Assembly (NCBI GenBank): GCA_046484245.1
Contig: JAWOBN010000115.1
Coordinates: 1-19,872, forward strand
DNA from: a bacterium
GTDB lineage: Bacteria > Hydrothermota > 32-111
Length of the DNA stretch: 19,872 nucleotides
Direction of reading: 5' to 3'
Each line of letters begins with the position of its first letter. Position 1 is the first letter of the stretch. This document shows, one piece after another, positions 7,182 through 15,804 of this stretch. Position numbers and translations under genes: made by a program. The notes beneath the pieces are model-generated. The model ran no database searches, was not told where the DNA came from, and saw only the letters and a program-made list of their open reading frames with translations.

Positions 7182-8865
7182 CTTTTACATCCTTATCCTT
7201 TATAGGGAGCTTTACTGTAAATTCAGTGCCCCTATTCTTGCGGGATTTGAAATCTATCATACCTTCATGGGCTTTCACAATACCATGCACCACAGGCAGC
7301 CCCAGGCCTGTACCTTCATCAATATCCTTTGTTGTGAAGAATGGGAGAAACACCTTGTCCCTGTTCTCTTCCGGAATTCCCTTACCTGTGTCCTTGATCT
7401 TTATGGAAACATACTCACTGTCATGATCCGAACTGACTGTCAATTCACCACCCTCCGGCATTGCCTGAAGGGCATTGACAATCAGATTGACAAATATCTG
7501 TGACATCTGGGAGGGATCAGCGACAATCTCCGGCATATTGCCCGATAACTCTGTACTGAGACTGACCTTTGAATTCTTGAATCTGCCTTCAAGAAGCGAT
7601 ATGCTTTCCATTACAGAATCATTGATATTGACGGGTATTTTCTGAGGAGGCATCTGCCTTGCAAAGAGCATCAATTTCTTGACAATCTCCCTTGCCTGAA
7701 GCGATCCCTTTATAATTTTCTCAAAATCCTTCTCCGTCTGCTCATCAAACTCATTATTATTCTTGATCAGCTGTGCAAATCCCAGAATACTGCCCAGGGG
7801 CTCATTGAGTTCATGTGCAACACCTGCTGAAAGCTGTCCTATTGTAGCAAGCCTGTCAGCATGCTGAAGCTGTTTTTCCAGTTTCATTCTCTCATTTCTC
7901 GTCCTTTCCCTTTCAAGCACAAGAGATATCTGATTGGCAATTGTCTCAATCAGGTCCTGTTCTTCCGGAAGAAAGAATACCTGTTCCTTCATATCATCGG
8001 GGGCAATATGATAGACCTTCAGATAGCCCCTCTTCTTGCGCTTTTCATATATATCCGTCTCTATCACATCACCGGTTTCTTCAAAGTCAGGGGAATAATA
8101 CCTTGTACCGTCAATCTCCACTTCAACATTGACAAAATCCGGATATTGAAATGACGGGGGAATAACACCTATTATATGGTTGATTATCTCTTCTCTTGAT
8201 TTCCTCGGTGTCTCCATGAATTTAGAGATCCTGTAGAGACAGGTAAGTTCCTTGATCCTTTCACGCAATGCATGCTGTGCCCTTCTGTTTGCTATTGCAA
8301 CACCTATTGTAGGGGTTATTGACTCATAAAAATCAATCAGATCCGGATTGAAGAAATCCTTGTCAGGATGCCTCAGAATAACAAGGCCGGTATTTTCACT
8401 GTCAATCTCATATCTGAACAGTGCAATGGATTTTTCACTGCTCAGTGTTATTGTTCTTTTGGAGTCTTTCAGGGGAATCTCACATACTCCATTGTCTGCA
8501 TTGGACCAGAAATTGTGATTCTTTGTAAAGCATTTGTATTCTGTATCAGCACTCTCTTCAAGCATTGCATTGCAGACACTGTATATCTCCTCTTCACAGA
8601 GTTCCTCCAATGAACCCATTACATCTTCCTCATCAAGAATGACAAATTTTGTCTTACTGCCGTTTGTGAGTGAATGCCAGTAATAATTGACCATATTGCC
8701 CAATGCAATGATCTCAATATCGGGACATGTAGTGAATGAATGGAGTTCACCTGTTACAATTCCGAGAAATTCCACCAGGGGACAGCCCCTGTTTGCATAT
8801 TTCAGGAGATTCCTGGATAATTGATAGAATTCCTTTGTCAGATTGATTATATTATTATTCTTCAT
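7171..8865 (-). CDS. Cytoplasmic sensor histidine kinase with GAF-like N-terminal domains, 564 aa
   Basis: H-box AGVAHELNEPL, N-box QIFVNLIVNALQA, DTGKGI, PFFTTK, GTGLGL. No obvious transmembrane segment; overlaps the regulator start by 11 bp. Confidence 0.92.
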   Translation of the reverse strand: MKNNNIINLTKEFYQLSRNLLKYANRGCPLVEFLGIVTGELHSFTTCPDIEIIALGNMVNYYWHSLTNGSKTKFVILDEEDVMGSLEELCEEEIYSVCNAMLEESADTEYKCFTKNHNFWSNADNGVCEIPLKDSKRTITLSSEKSIALFRYEIDSENTGLVILRHPDKDFFNPDLIDFYESITPTIGVAIANRRAQHALRERIKELTCLYRISKFMETPRKSREEIINHIIGVIPPSFQYPDFVNVEVEIDGTRYYSPDFEETGDVIETDIYEKRKKRGYLKVYHIAPDDMKEQVFFLPEEQDLIETIANQISLVLERERTRNERMKLEKQLQHADRLATIGQLSAGVAHELNEPLGSILGFAQLIKNNNEFDEQTEKDFEKIIKGSLQAREIVKKLMLFARQMPPQKIPVNINDSVMESISLLEGRFKNSKVSLSTELSGNMPEIVADPSQMSQIFVNLIVNALQAMPEGGELTVSSDHDSEYVSIKIKDTGKGIPEENRDKVFLPFFTTKDIDEGTGLGLPVVHGIVKAHEGMIDFKSRKNRGTEFTVKLPIKDKDVKDGQ

Positions 8866-8928
8866 TATAATAACTGCTCTTATTTAGAAAAATAATACCA
8901 CCTCATTGAGTTTTGTCCACACCCTTGC

Positions 8929-8953
8929 AAAAAAAAAGCCCCCTTGCGGGGGC
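8929..8953 (-). terminator. Intrinsic terminator of hsp20
   Basis: Minus strand GCCCCC-GCAA-GGGGGC followed by nine T. Confidence 0.85.
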
Positions 8954-8961
8954 ATTGACAA

Positions 8962-9408
8962 TTACTTTATCTCTATCTTCTTTGACTTCGCCTTCTCTGA
9001 TTTTGGGAGTTTCACTTCAAGCACACCATCTTCAAATCCGGCCTTGATATTCTCCGGATCAATGTGCCTCGGGAGTGAGACAGCTCTGTAGAATTTACCG
9101 TATGATCTTTCAATCCTGTGATAGGTTTTCTCTTTCTTCTCTTGCTTGGCTTCTTTTTCACCGGATATGACAAGTGTATTGTTATCTATTGAGATATCAA
9201 TATCATCCTTCTTCATTCCGGGCAATTCCGCAGTGATGACAAATTCATCCTTGTTCTCTTCAATATCTATCAGTGGTGCCCATGTATCCTCAGAAAAATA
9301 GTTGTCAAAGAGTGATCCGGGTAATCTTGAACCGAAAAATTCATCCATCTCCTTTCTGAGATTAAGCAGATCACTTAAAGGACTGTATTTCTTTACTTCT
9401 TTACCCAT
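8962..9408 (-). CDS. Small heat-shock protein (Hsp20/alpha-crystallin), 148 aa
   Basis: WAPLIDIEE, AELPG, ERSYGKFYR and AGFEDGVLEVKLPK motifs, C-terminal IEI; RBS AAGGAGG. Confidence 0.95.
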   Translation of the reverse strand: MGKEVKKYSPLSDLLNLRKEMDEFFGSRLPGSLFDNYFSEDTWAPLIDIEENKDEFVITAELPGMKKDDIDISIDNNTLVISGEKEAKQEKKEKTYHRIERSYGKFYRAVSLPRHIDPENIKAGFEDGVLEVKLPKSEKAKSKKIEIK

Positions 9409-9460
9409 AAGTACCTCCTTTTGTAATTTGTTTCATGAGTTTTTCTCCTCTTTCAATATT

Positions 9461-9502
9461 AATATAATTTACATTGATATTTTGTCAAGTGCTTATCAAT
9501 GT
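9461..9502 (-). promoter_or_regulatory. Putative hsp20 promoter with an overlapping 9-bp inverted repeat
   Basis: TTGACA (9488-9483), 16-bp spacer, TATATT (9466-9461). ACATTGATA-N14-TATCAATGT (9471-9502) brackets the -35. Confidence 0.5.
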
Positions 9503-9732
9503 GTCTCTGTTCATAACAAAACATATACAATGATTTTATTCAGAGATTTTTTTATCCCGTGTAAACTGCCATAATCAGAAGGCTTTTGGATAAAGTTCAT
9601 AGAGTATATCTATGCTCGCGTATGTTCAGATTATTCTTTGTAAAGAATGAAAGGTATGCTCACCCCAACACCCTTTTTACATTATTTATACTGGACTGTA
9701 TTTAAGGTACTTATTTGAAGAAAATAAAGGGC

Positions 9733-9767
9733 TTGACATATTTTGGTATTATGGTATTGTTATACCA
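9733..9767 (+). promoter_or_regulatory. Putative rrf2-hcp promoter with an operator-like dyad
   Basis: TTGACA (9733-9738), 16-bp spacer ending in TGG, TATTGT (9755-9760). Dyad TGGTAT-TGTT-ATACCA (9752-9767) covers the -10. Confidence 0.55.
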
Positions 9768-9785
9768 ATTAAACAAGGAGACATT

Positions 9786-10205
9786 TTGACTTCTATCATT
9801 AACATATCAGAAGCCAGTTATCTTGCCTTTCATGCACTTGCACTTATCGGCATATCACGGAGACGCATGACAGTTAAGGAAATAGCTGAAGAAACAGGAA
9901 CTTCTGCCAATCATATGTCCAAGGTGATGCAGACAATGGTCCGTGCAGACATTGTTGATTCAGTGAGGGGCCCGTCAGGGGGATTTATGCTCACAGCAGA
10001 ACCCCGGTCAGTCAGACTGATAGATATATATGAGTTATTTGAGGGGAAGATCACTGTATCACAGTGTCCCTTTCACAGGGTAAAATGTCCATTTGAAAGA
10101 TGCCTGTTCAATGGCATACTGCAGAAATTGTCAAATGAGTTCCATGATTATCTGAAAGGTAACACAATTCAGGATGTCATAGATAATATAAAACAAGGAG
10201 GTTAA
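9786..10205 (+). CDS. Rrf2 family transcriptional regulator with three C-terminal Cys (probable Fe-S ligands), 139 aa
   Basis: wHTH with SVRGPSGGF, LIDIYELFEG and C-x6-C-x4-C. TTG start after AGGAG. Confidence 0.9.
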   Translation: MTSIINISEASYLAFHALALIGISRRRMTVKEIAEETGTSANHMSKVMQTMVRADIVDSVRGPSGGFMLTAEPRSVRLIDIYELFEGKITVSQCPFHRVKCPFERCLFNGILQKLSNEFHDYLKGNTIQDVIDNIKQGG

Positions 10206-10206
10206 T

Positions 10207-11862
10207 ATGTTTTGTTATCAATGCGAACAGACAGCCAAACAGCAGGGATGCACTGCCTTTGGGGTCTGCGGAAAGGACCCCGAAACTTCGGACCTGCAGG
10301 ATCTGCTGATTCATTATGTCAAGCAGATCTCAAAATACAGTCTTGCACTGCATGACAACAACATGAATACACGGGAAGCCGATGTATTTGTCATTGAAGC
10401 TCTTTTTACAACTGTGACCAATGTCAATTTTGATGAGGAGGACATTGCAGTAATGATAAGAAAGGCCTGGGAGATACTCAAAATGACAAAACAGCAGTAT
10501 CTCAGCTCAGGCATTGATGCAGACATAAGTGACAATGCAGTAGAGCCCCCCGAGGGATTAGAGGGCATGCTTGATATCGCTTCACAATACACACTTGATA
10601 AGGATATTGAGCGCCTAGGTGAGATAAGGGCAGGACTCTATCATCTGATTCTCTACGGAATCAAGGGAGTTGCTGCTTATGCAGACCATGCTCATATTCT
10701 GGGACATGATGATAATGCGCTCTATCAGTTTTTCCACAGGGTTATGGCATTCCTTGATGATGACAATCATGATAATGACGCACTTCTGGGCATGGCTCTT
10801 GAAGTCGGTGAGAAGAACATTGCCACAATGGAATTACTGGATAAAGCCAATACGGAGACATATGGTCATCCTGAACCCACAAAAGTGAGGATAACACCCA
10901 AAAAAGGCAAGGCAATACTTGTTTCAGGCCATGACCTGAAGGATCTGGATGCCCTGCTCAAGCAGACTGAAGGCAAAGACATCAATATATATACACATGG
11001 TGAGATGCTCCCGACACTGGCTTATCCCAAGCTTAAGAAGTACAGTCATCTTGCAGGCAATTACGGCGGAGCATGGCAGGACCAGAGAAAGGAATTTGCT
11101 GAATTCCCAGGTGCAATACTGATGACTACAAACTGCATACAAAAACCCAAGGATTCCTATAAGGACAGAATATTCACAACAGGACTGGTCGGATGGCCCG
11201 GTGTGGAGCATGTTGACAGGGAGGATTTCTCCCCTGTTATTGAAAAAGCACTGGCAGAAGAGGGATTCAAGGAAGACGGAGAGGAGAAATACATCACCGT
11301 AGGATTTGGCAGGAATGCTGTTCTTTCAGTTGCAGACACTGTACTGGACCATGTAAAGAACGGCAAGATCAAGAATTTCTTCCTCATTGGCGGATGCGAC
11401 GGAGCAAAACCGGGAAGGAATTATTACACTGATTTTGCCAGCCATGTACCCCAGGACAGTGTTATACTGACCCTTGCCTGCGGTAAGTACAGATTCAACA
11501 AAATGGATTTCGGTGAGATTGAAGGCATACCGAGACTGCTTGATATAGGACAGTGCAATGATGCATACTCTGCCATTCAGATAGCTGTTGCTCTTGCCGA
11601 TGCCCTGGACACTGATGTGAATTCACTGCCCCTGCATTTCATACTTTCATGGTTTGAACAGAAGGCAGTATGCATTCTTCTCTCTCTGCTCTATCTCGGA
11701 ATCACAGATATGCGTCTGGGACCCACATTACCGGCATTTATCAAGGCACCTGTCTTTGAGATACTTCAGGAGAAATTCAATCTTATGCCTGTAAAGACAG
11801 CTGATGAGGATTTGAAGGATATTCTCGCTGATGATTACACAGGTGAGATAACAGCCCGTTAA
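10207..11862 (+). CDS. hcp: Hybrid cluster protein (hydroxylamine reductase / prismane), 551 aa
   Basis: MFCYQCEQT with C-x2-C-x8-C-x5-C, SGHDL, THGEMLP, TTNC, GGCDG, LACGK, GQCND, SWFEQKA. Confidence 0.97.
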   Translation: MFCYQCEQTAKQQGCTAFGVCGKDPETSDLQDLLIHYVKQISKYSLALHDNNMNTREADVFVIEALFTTVTNVNFDEEDIAVMIRKAWEILKMTKQQYLSSGIDADISDNAVEPPEGLEGMLDIASQYTLDKDIERLGEIRAGLYHLILYGIKGVAAYADHAHILGHDDNALYQFFHRVMAFLDDDNHDNDALLGMALEVGEKNIATMELLDKANTETYGHPEPTKVRITPKKGKAILVSGHDLKDLDALLKQTEGKDINIYTHGEMLPTLAYPKLKKYSHLAGNYGGAWQDQRKEFAEFPGAILMTTNCIQKPKDSYKDRIFTTGLVGWPGVEHVDREDFSPVIEKALAEEGFKEDGEEKYITVGFGRNAVLSVADTVLDHVKNGKIKNFFLIGGCDGAKPGRNYYTDFASHVPQDSVILTLACGKYRFNKMDFGEIEGIPRLLDIGQCNDAYSAIQIAVALADALDTDVNSLPLHFILSWFEQKAVCILLSLLYLGITDMRLGPTLPAFIKAPVFEILQEKFNLMPVKTADEDLKDILADDYTGEITAR

Positions 11863-11868
11863 TTATAC

Positions 11869-11894
11869 AGAGGGGCGCCAGCCGCCCCTCTTTT
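11869..11894 (+). terminator. Terminator-like hairpin between hcp and the cupin gene
   Basis: AGAGGGGCG / CGCCCCTCT stem followed by TTT. Confidence 0.65.
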
Positions 11895-11905
11895 AAAGGA
11901 GTATT

Positions 11906-12220
11906 ATGAAAATAATAAATACAGACAATACTGAGATGTTCAAGAGAAACAAGAATTTCAATGCATGGAAGTTGATAAGCAGAGATGAAGCTGAAGTCAT
12001 TGAGATGCATATCAAGCCGGAAATGACAGTGCCTTCCCATATAACACCTGTAGATGTGATATTCTATATTATTGCAGGAAAGGGTTCTGTCACTGTTGGT
12101 GATGAAACAGAGGATGTGCATTCAGGTGACTTTATTTTCAGCCCCAAGGATATCCCACATTCACTGAAAGCATATTCAGCCGGAATGAAGATTATTGTGA
12201 CTAAGACACCCGCACCCTAA
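11906..12220 (+). CDS. Cupin domain protein, 104 aa
   Basis: PSH..P..VIFYIIAGKG, GDFIFSPKDIPHS; RBS AAGGAG. Confidence 0.85.
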   Translation: MKIINTDNTEMFKRNKNFNAWKLISRDEAEVIEMHIKPEMTVPSHITPVDVIFYIIAGKGSVTVGDETEDVHSGDFIFSPKDIPHSLKAYSAGMKIIVTKTPAP

Positions 12221-13635
12221 CCCTTGATAACTGCCAGTGGTCTCAAACGGGCAACAGCAGATGACAGTCCGGCATTGTGCACAGTGCTGATAACATCCGA
12301 TATGTCCTTGTATGCTTCAGGCATCTCCTCTCTTATTGTTCTGTTTGATGCTGCCAGAACATAGACATTCCTTGATTTCATCTCACCTATTGCATCACTT
12401 GCAGACATTTTCCTCAATGCCCCCTTTCTGGACATGATCCTCCCTGCACCATGACAGGTTGAACCGAGTGAAACATCCATAGCCTTCCGGGTACCTTTCA
12501 TAATATATGAGGCTCTCCCCATATCCCCCGGTATGATTACGGGCTGACCTGTATCCCTTAAGTGGGCAGGCAATCTGCTGTCACCGGGGCCGAATGACCT
12601 TGTTGCACCCTTGCGGTGGACAATAAGCTCTTCCTTCACCCCGTCAATACTGTGTTCCTCAACAAGAGCAATATTATGCGACACATCATAAAGAAGATCG
12701 GCTCTAAGCATTTGAGGACTTATGCTTAGTACACTTGACAGTATATCCCTTATTTTATGCATAATTATCTGCCTGTTACACCAGGCATAATTGGATGCGC
12801 ATTTCATGGCAGAGAAGTATTTCCTGCCCTCATCACTGCTGAATGGCACTGAAGCCAGCTGCCTGTTGGGTATATTGAGCCTGTATCTGTTATTGTTGAT
12901 ATGCTTGAGTGTATCCGTGCATATCTGATGGCCGAATCCCCTGGACCCGGTGTGAATCATGATACCTGTCTGACCCTTGAAAAGCCCCCATCTCTGAGCT
13001 GTCTCAGTGTCCAGAATACTGTCAACAACCTGCAATTCCACAAAATGATTGCCTGACCCGAGTGTTGACTGCTGCTTGAGCCCTCTCTTGATTGCCCTTT
13101 CTGATACTGATGAAGGATCAGCATCCGCCATTCTGCCGGTGAGCTGAGTGTTGTCTATATCCTCATCATAACCCATTCCCCTTGATACAGGCCAGTGAGC
13201 CCCTTGTTTCATAATATTTATGAAATCATGCTTCTTTATACTGATGCTTCCCGATGATCCTACACCGGACGGAATATGTGAAAATATTGCTGAGGCAATG
13301 TTCTTAATTTCAGCACTAATATCATCCTCAGTGAGATCTGTCTTGAGAAACCTCACACCGCAATTGATGTCATAACCCACACCGCCCGGAGAGATAATGC
13401 CGTCAGATGTGTCAAATCCCGCAACACCGCCAATAGGGAATCCGTATCCGGAGTGTATGTCCGGCATTGCCAGTGCATTGCCCCTGATGCCGTCAAGACA
13501 TGCAACATCGGATATCTGCTTTATTGCACTTTCTTCCAGGAATTGCTCCAGTTTATCATTGATAAATATGATACTGTCTGTCTTCATGTTACCGCTCTTT
13601 TCAATGATCACTGTATTCTCATCAATCCGTTTCAT
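12217..13635 (-). CDS. rtcB: RtcB RNA ligase, about 472 aa
   Basis: MPDIHSGYGFPIGGV, GYDINCG, LGSGNHF, HTGSRGFGH, HN, HRKGAT, PGDMG and STCHGAGR motifs. ATG 13635 follows GAGG; alternative TTG start at 13647. Confidence 0.96.
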   Translation of the reverse strand: MKRIDENTVIIEKSGNMKTDSIIFINDKLEQFLEESAIKQISDVACLDGIRGNALAMPDIHSGYGFPIGGVAGFDTSDGIISPGGVGYDINCGVRFLKTDLTEDDISAEIKNIASAIFSHIPSGVGSSGSISIKKHDFINIMKQGAHWPVSRGMGYDEDIDNTQLTGRMADADPSSVSERAIKRGLKQQSTLGSGNHFVELQVVDSILDTETAQRWGLFKGQTGIMIHTGSRGFGHQICTDTLKHINNNRYRLNIPNRQLASVPFSSDEGRKYFSAMKCASNYAWCNRQIIMHKIRDILSSVLSISPQMLRADLLYDVSHNIALVEEHSIDGVKEELIVHRKGATRSFGPGDSRLPAHLRDTGQPVIIPGDMGRASYIMKGTRKAMDVSLGSTCHGAGRIMSRKGALRKMSASDAIGEMKSRNVYVLAASNRTIREEMPEAYKDISDVISTVHNAGLSSAVARLRPLAVIKG

Positions 13636-13643
13636 ACTCAGCC

Positions 13644-14069
13644 TCAAATATCAAAGATAATATTGGCTTTCCAATGGTCCTGCATCTCTTTAACTGTCAG
13701 ATTGCTGTATGTTGCAGCTTTTACCAGAACACCGGGATTCTCTGTCTCCATAGGGCAGAGGTATCCCTGCAGATGCATATGAAGGAAGCACTCCTCATTA
13801 CAATGCAGTTCAGCACTCGCATCTTCACCAATAAAACCCTCTGTCTCATATATATAGATAAGCTCGTTGAGCATATCAACAAGAAGTGTTTCCCTCTCCA
13901 TGGCACTCAGCTCTATGATTTTTACTGATTGAGGACTGTTCTTGCGGGCAATATTCAATATACTGTAATACCCAAGTGCAGCATTTGCAAATATTTCATC
14001 AAGTGAACTGCCCCGCACTTTCAAACCTATATCCGCTGTTGTTGAATAGACATTAAAACTATTTTTCAT
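13644..14069 (-). CDS. Archease (RtcB activator), 141 aa
   Basis: TADIG, LLVDMLNELIY, KAATY and C-terminal FDI; immediately upstream of rtcB. ATG 14069 follows GAGGTG. Confidence 0.9.
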   Translation of the reverse strand: MKNSFNVYSTTADIGLKVRGSSLDEIFANAALGYYSILNIARKNSPQSVKIIELSAMERETLLVDMLNELIYIYETEGFIGEDASAELHCNEECFLHMHLQGYLCPMETENPGVLVKAATYSNLTVKEMQDHWKANIIFDI

Positions 14070-14139
14070 CTTCACCTCATCTTAATTATAGTGCAGTGAA
14101 GATCTGTTTCAATAATGATTATGCAGGGATTCTTGTATT

Positions 14140-14508
14140 CTAATCCTCAGCCTGTTCAACAAGCCAGTCCTTTGCCTCGTCAAGTGTGTCAAATATCCTG
14201 ATATCCCTTCCCGATATCCTGATCAGTGAACGCACAATAATTCTCATTATACCGGAGACACCTACAGCAGCACTTGCCCTGATATGCGGCGTGACAGTTG
14301 CAGAGAATTCCTTCATGTGATTTGTTGCTTCCGTATTGTAATGAGCACCAGTTACATCTGTGAGCAGGAGTACGGATTTCTCCGGCTGCATCTGGCATAT
14401 GCGCTTGGCTTCATCAAATTGAGCCATGCTCGTTTCAACATCCGGTGAATTAGTCACATCAAGATACAGTATCTGTCTGTCCTTATGGGTTATAAAACTT
14501 ACAGGCAT
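14140..14508 (-). CDS. SpoIIAA-like (STAS/SEC14) domain protein, 122 aa
   Basis: VLLLTDVT, SAAVG and C-terminal IFDTLDEAKDWL pattern; RBS AAGGAGGAG. Confidence 0.7.
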   Translation of the reverse strand: MPVSFITHKDRQILYLDVTNSPDVETSMAQFDEAKRICQMQPEKSVLLLTDVTGAHYNTEATNHMKEFSATVTPHIRASAAVGVSGIMRIIVRSLIRISGRDIRIFDTLDEAKDWLVEQAED

Positions 14509-14643
14509 GACTCCTCCTTTTTCTATAAATATAAATTCTTACTGAGGATTTGTCAAGACAGCATTTAAGACAATATTGATATCCGGGAGCTTGTCAAACC
14601 TATAACACAAAAAGATATATGCCTTGGGATTTAACAAAAAGCG

Positions 14644-15660
14644 CTATTTGAGTATTGTAATTATTCTGCTGAATCTTGAATGATCCTGAGAGACAATCAA
14701 TATGTATTTACCGGATGCGGGGAATTGATGAGCATTGACAAGCATTCCGCTTTCTCCTGTAAACCGCATTACCGATGAACCGTGTATAGTGTATATATCA
14801 GCAGTGAATCTCTCTGCTTCAGAGTGTATCACAATGCCCTCGCTGGAGTATCTAATGTCAATACTGCTCTGAGCTGTGTGGGTTCCTTCAACACCCAGAT
14901 GGGGATAATAAGCCCTTCTTATGAGTGTTGTATCTATGACAAACGGATTGGGCTTGCCTTCCTGATATGACCCTATGTCATTTGTTCTGTCTATCTCCCT
15001 GCTGTCAACAAGGTCCTGATAATGCCAGTCAAACAGCACATCCTTCTGCGAGTTCCACCAGCTTTCATCTGAATCCTCAGCTATGTAATTACTCCTGTAC
15101 ATTGTATAGAAATAATACATGGACCGGGCAGTATTGCCCTTGTGATCCTCTCTCGGCTCAAATGAATAATTGTAGTACACTTCACTCCACAGATCAATGT
15201 CTGAAGTGGGCTTTGATGTGGATTCCTGATCATCATAGAACCACTTATCCGTATAATTATCATCAATTTCATCAAAGGGCAGACTCCCCCGTGCACTGTT
15301 TGCTTCTTCTCTTGTCGGATAGAGATGATGAAGGTCTCCCTTTGCCAGACCTGATGCACCGAGGCTCTGAGGCCATGTGTGTTCACAGTTTATTCCCTTG
15401 CTATAGGCATCTGAACTGGGGTCAGCAGAGGGGTCAAGATAGATTGTATAACCGGTATAAACCCCTGTCAAATAATTATTATCATTGTCAATTGTACCGT
15501 ACAGCACATCCCTTCCGTCATCATAGCCGAGATTGGAATATGATTTATAATTGGCAGTTATTGAATCAATGAGATCCTCGCCCGTTATTCCCGGGAAGAG
15601 TACTTCACTGCTTAATACAAGTGTGCATAATAATAGAGATATAAAAATTATTTTTTTCAT
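14644..15660 (-). CDS. Secreted endonuclease I family (His-Me finger) nuclease with a short C-terminal sorting-like domain, 338 aa
   Basis: Signal peptide; NCEHTWPQS, DLHHLYPT, NSARGSLPF, FEPREDHKGNTAR, NPFV; tail with IYTIHG...SGKYILIV. Confidence 0.88.
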   Translation of the reverse strand: MKKIIFISLLLCTLVLSSEVLFPGITGEDLIDSITANYKSYSNLGYDDGRDVLYGTIDNDNNYLTGVYTGYTIYLDPSADPSSDAYSKGINCEHTWPQSLGASGLAKGDLHHLYPTREEANSARGSLPFDEIDDNYTDKWFYDDQESTSKPTSDIDLWSEVYYNYSFEPREDHKGNTARSMYYFYTMYRSNYIAEDSDESWWNSQKDVLFDWHYQDLVDSREIDRTNDIGSYQEGKPNPFVIDTTLIRRAYYPHLGVEGTHTAQSSIDIRYSSEGIVIHSEAERFTADIYTIHGSSVMRFTGESGMLVNAHQFPASGKYILIVSQDHSRFSRIITILK

Positions 15661-15773
15661 AACATTTAATTATAGTATAAATTCTTTATGATTGCAATTA
15701 CTTTTATTGGCAAGATTGCATTGTCTGTAATGATAATAAGAAGCTATGATTACTGTAATAGATGCTGGAATAG

Positions 15774-15799
15774 AAAGGGCTGCTGAAAGCAGCCCTTTT
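15774..15799. terminator. Intrinsic terminator downstream of the minus-strand lipoprotein
   Basis: AAAGGGCTGCT-GAA-AGCAGCCCTTTT. Confidence 0.8.
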
Positions 15800-15804
15800 G
15801 ATAT

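Noticed and set aside
9474..9496. FNR box or CIRCE upstream of hsp20
   Set aside because: TTGAT-N5-GTCAA has the wrong spacing for FNR, and only a partial CIRCE half-site (TAAGCACTT) is present.
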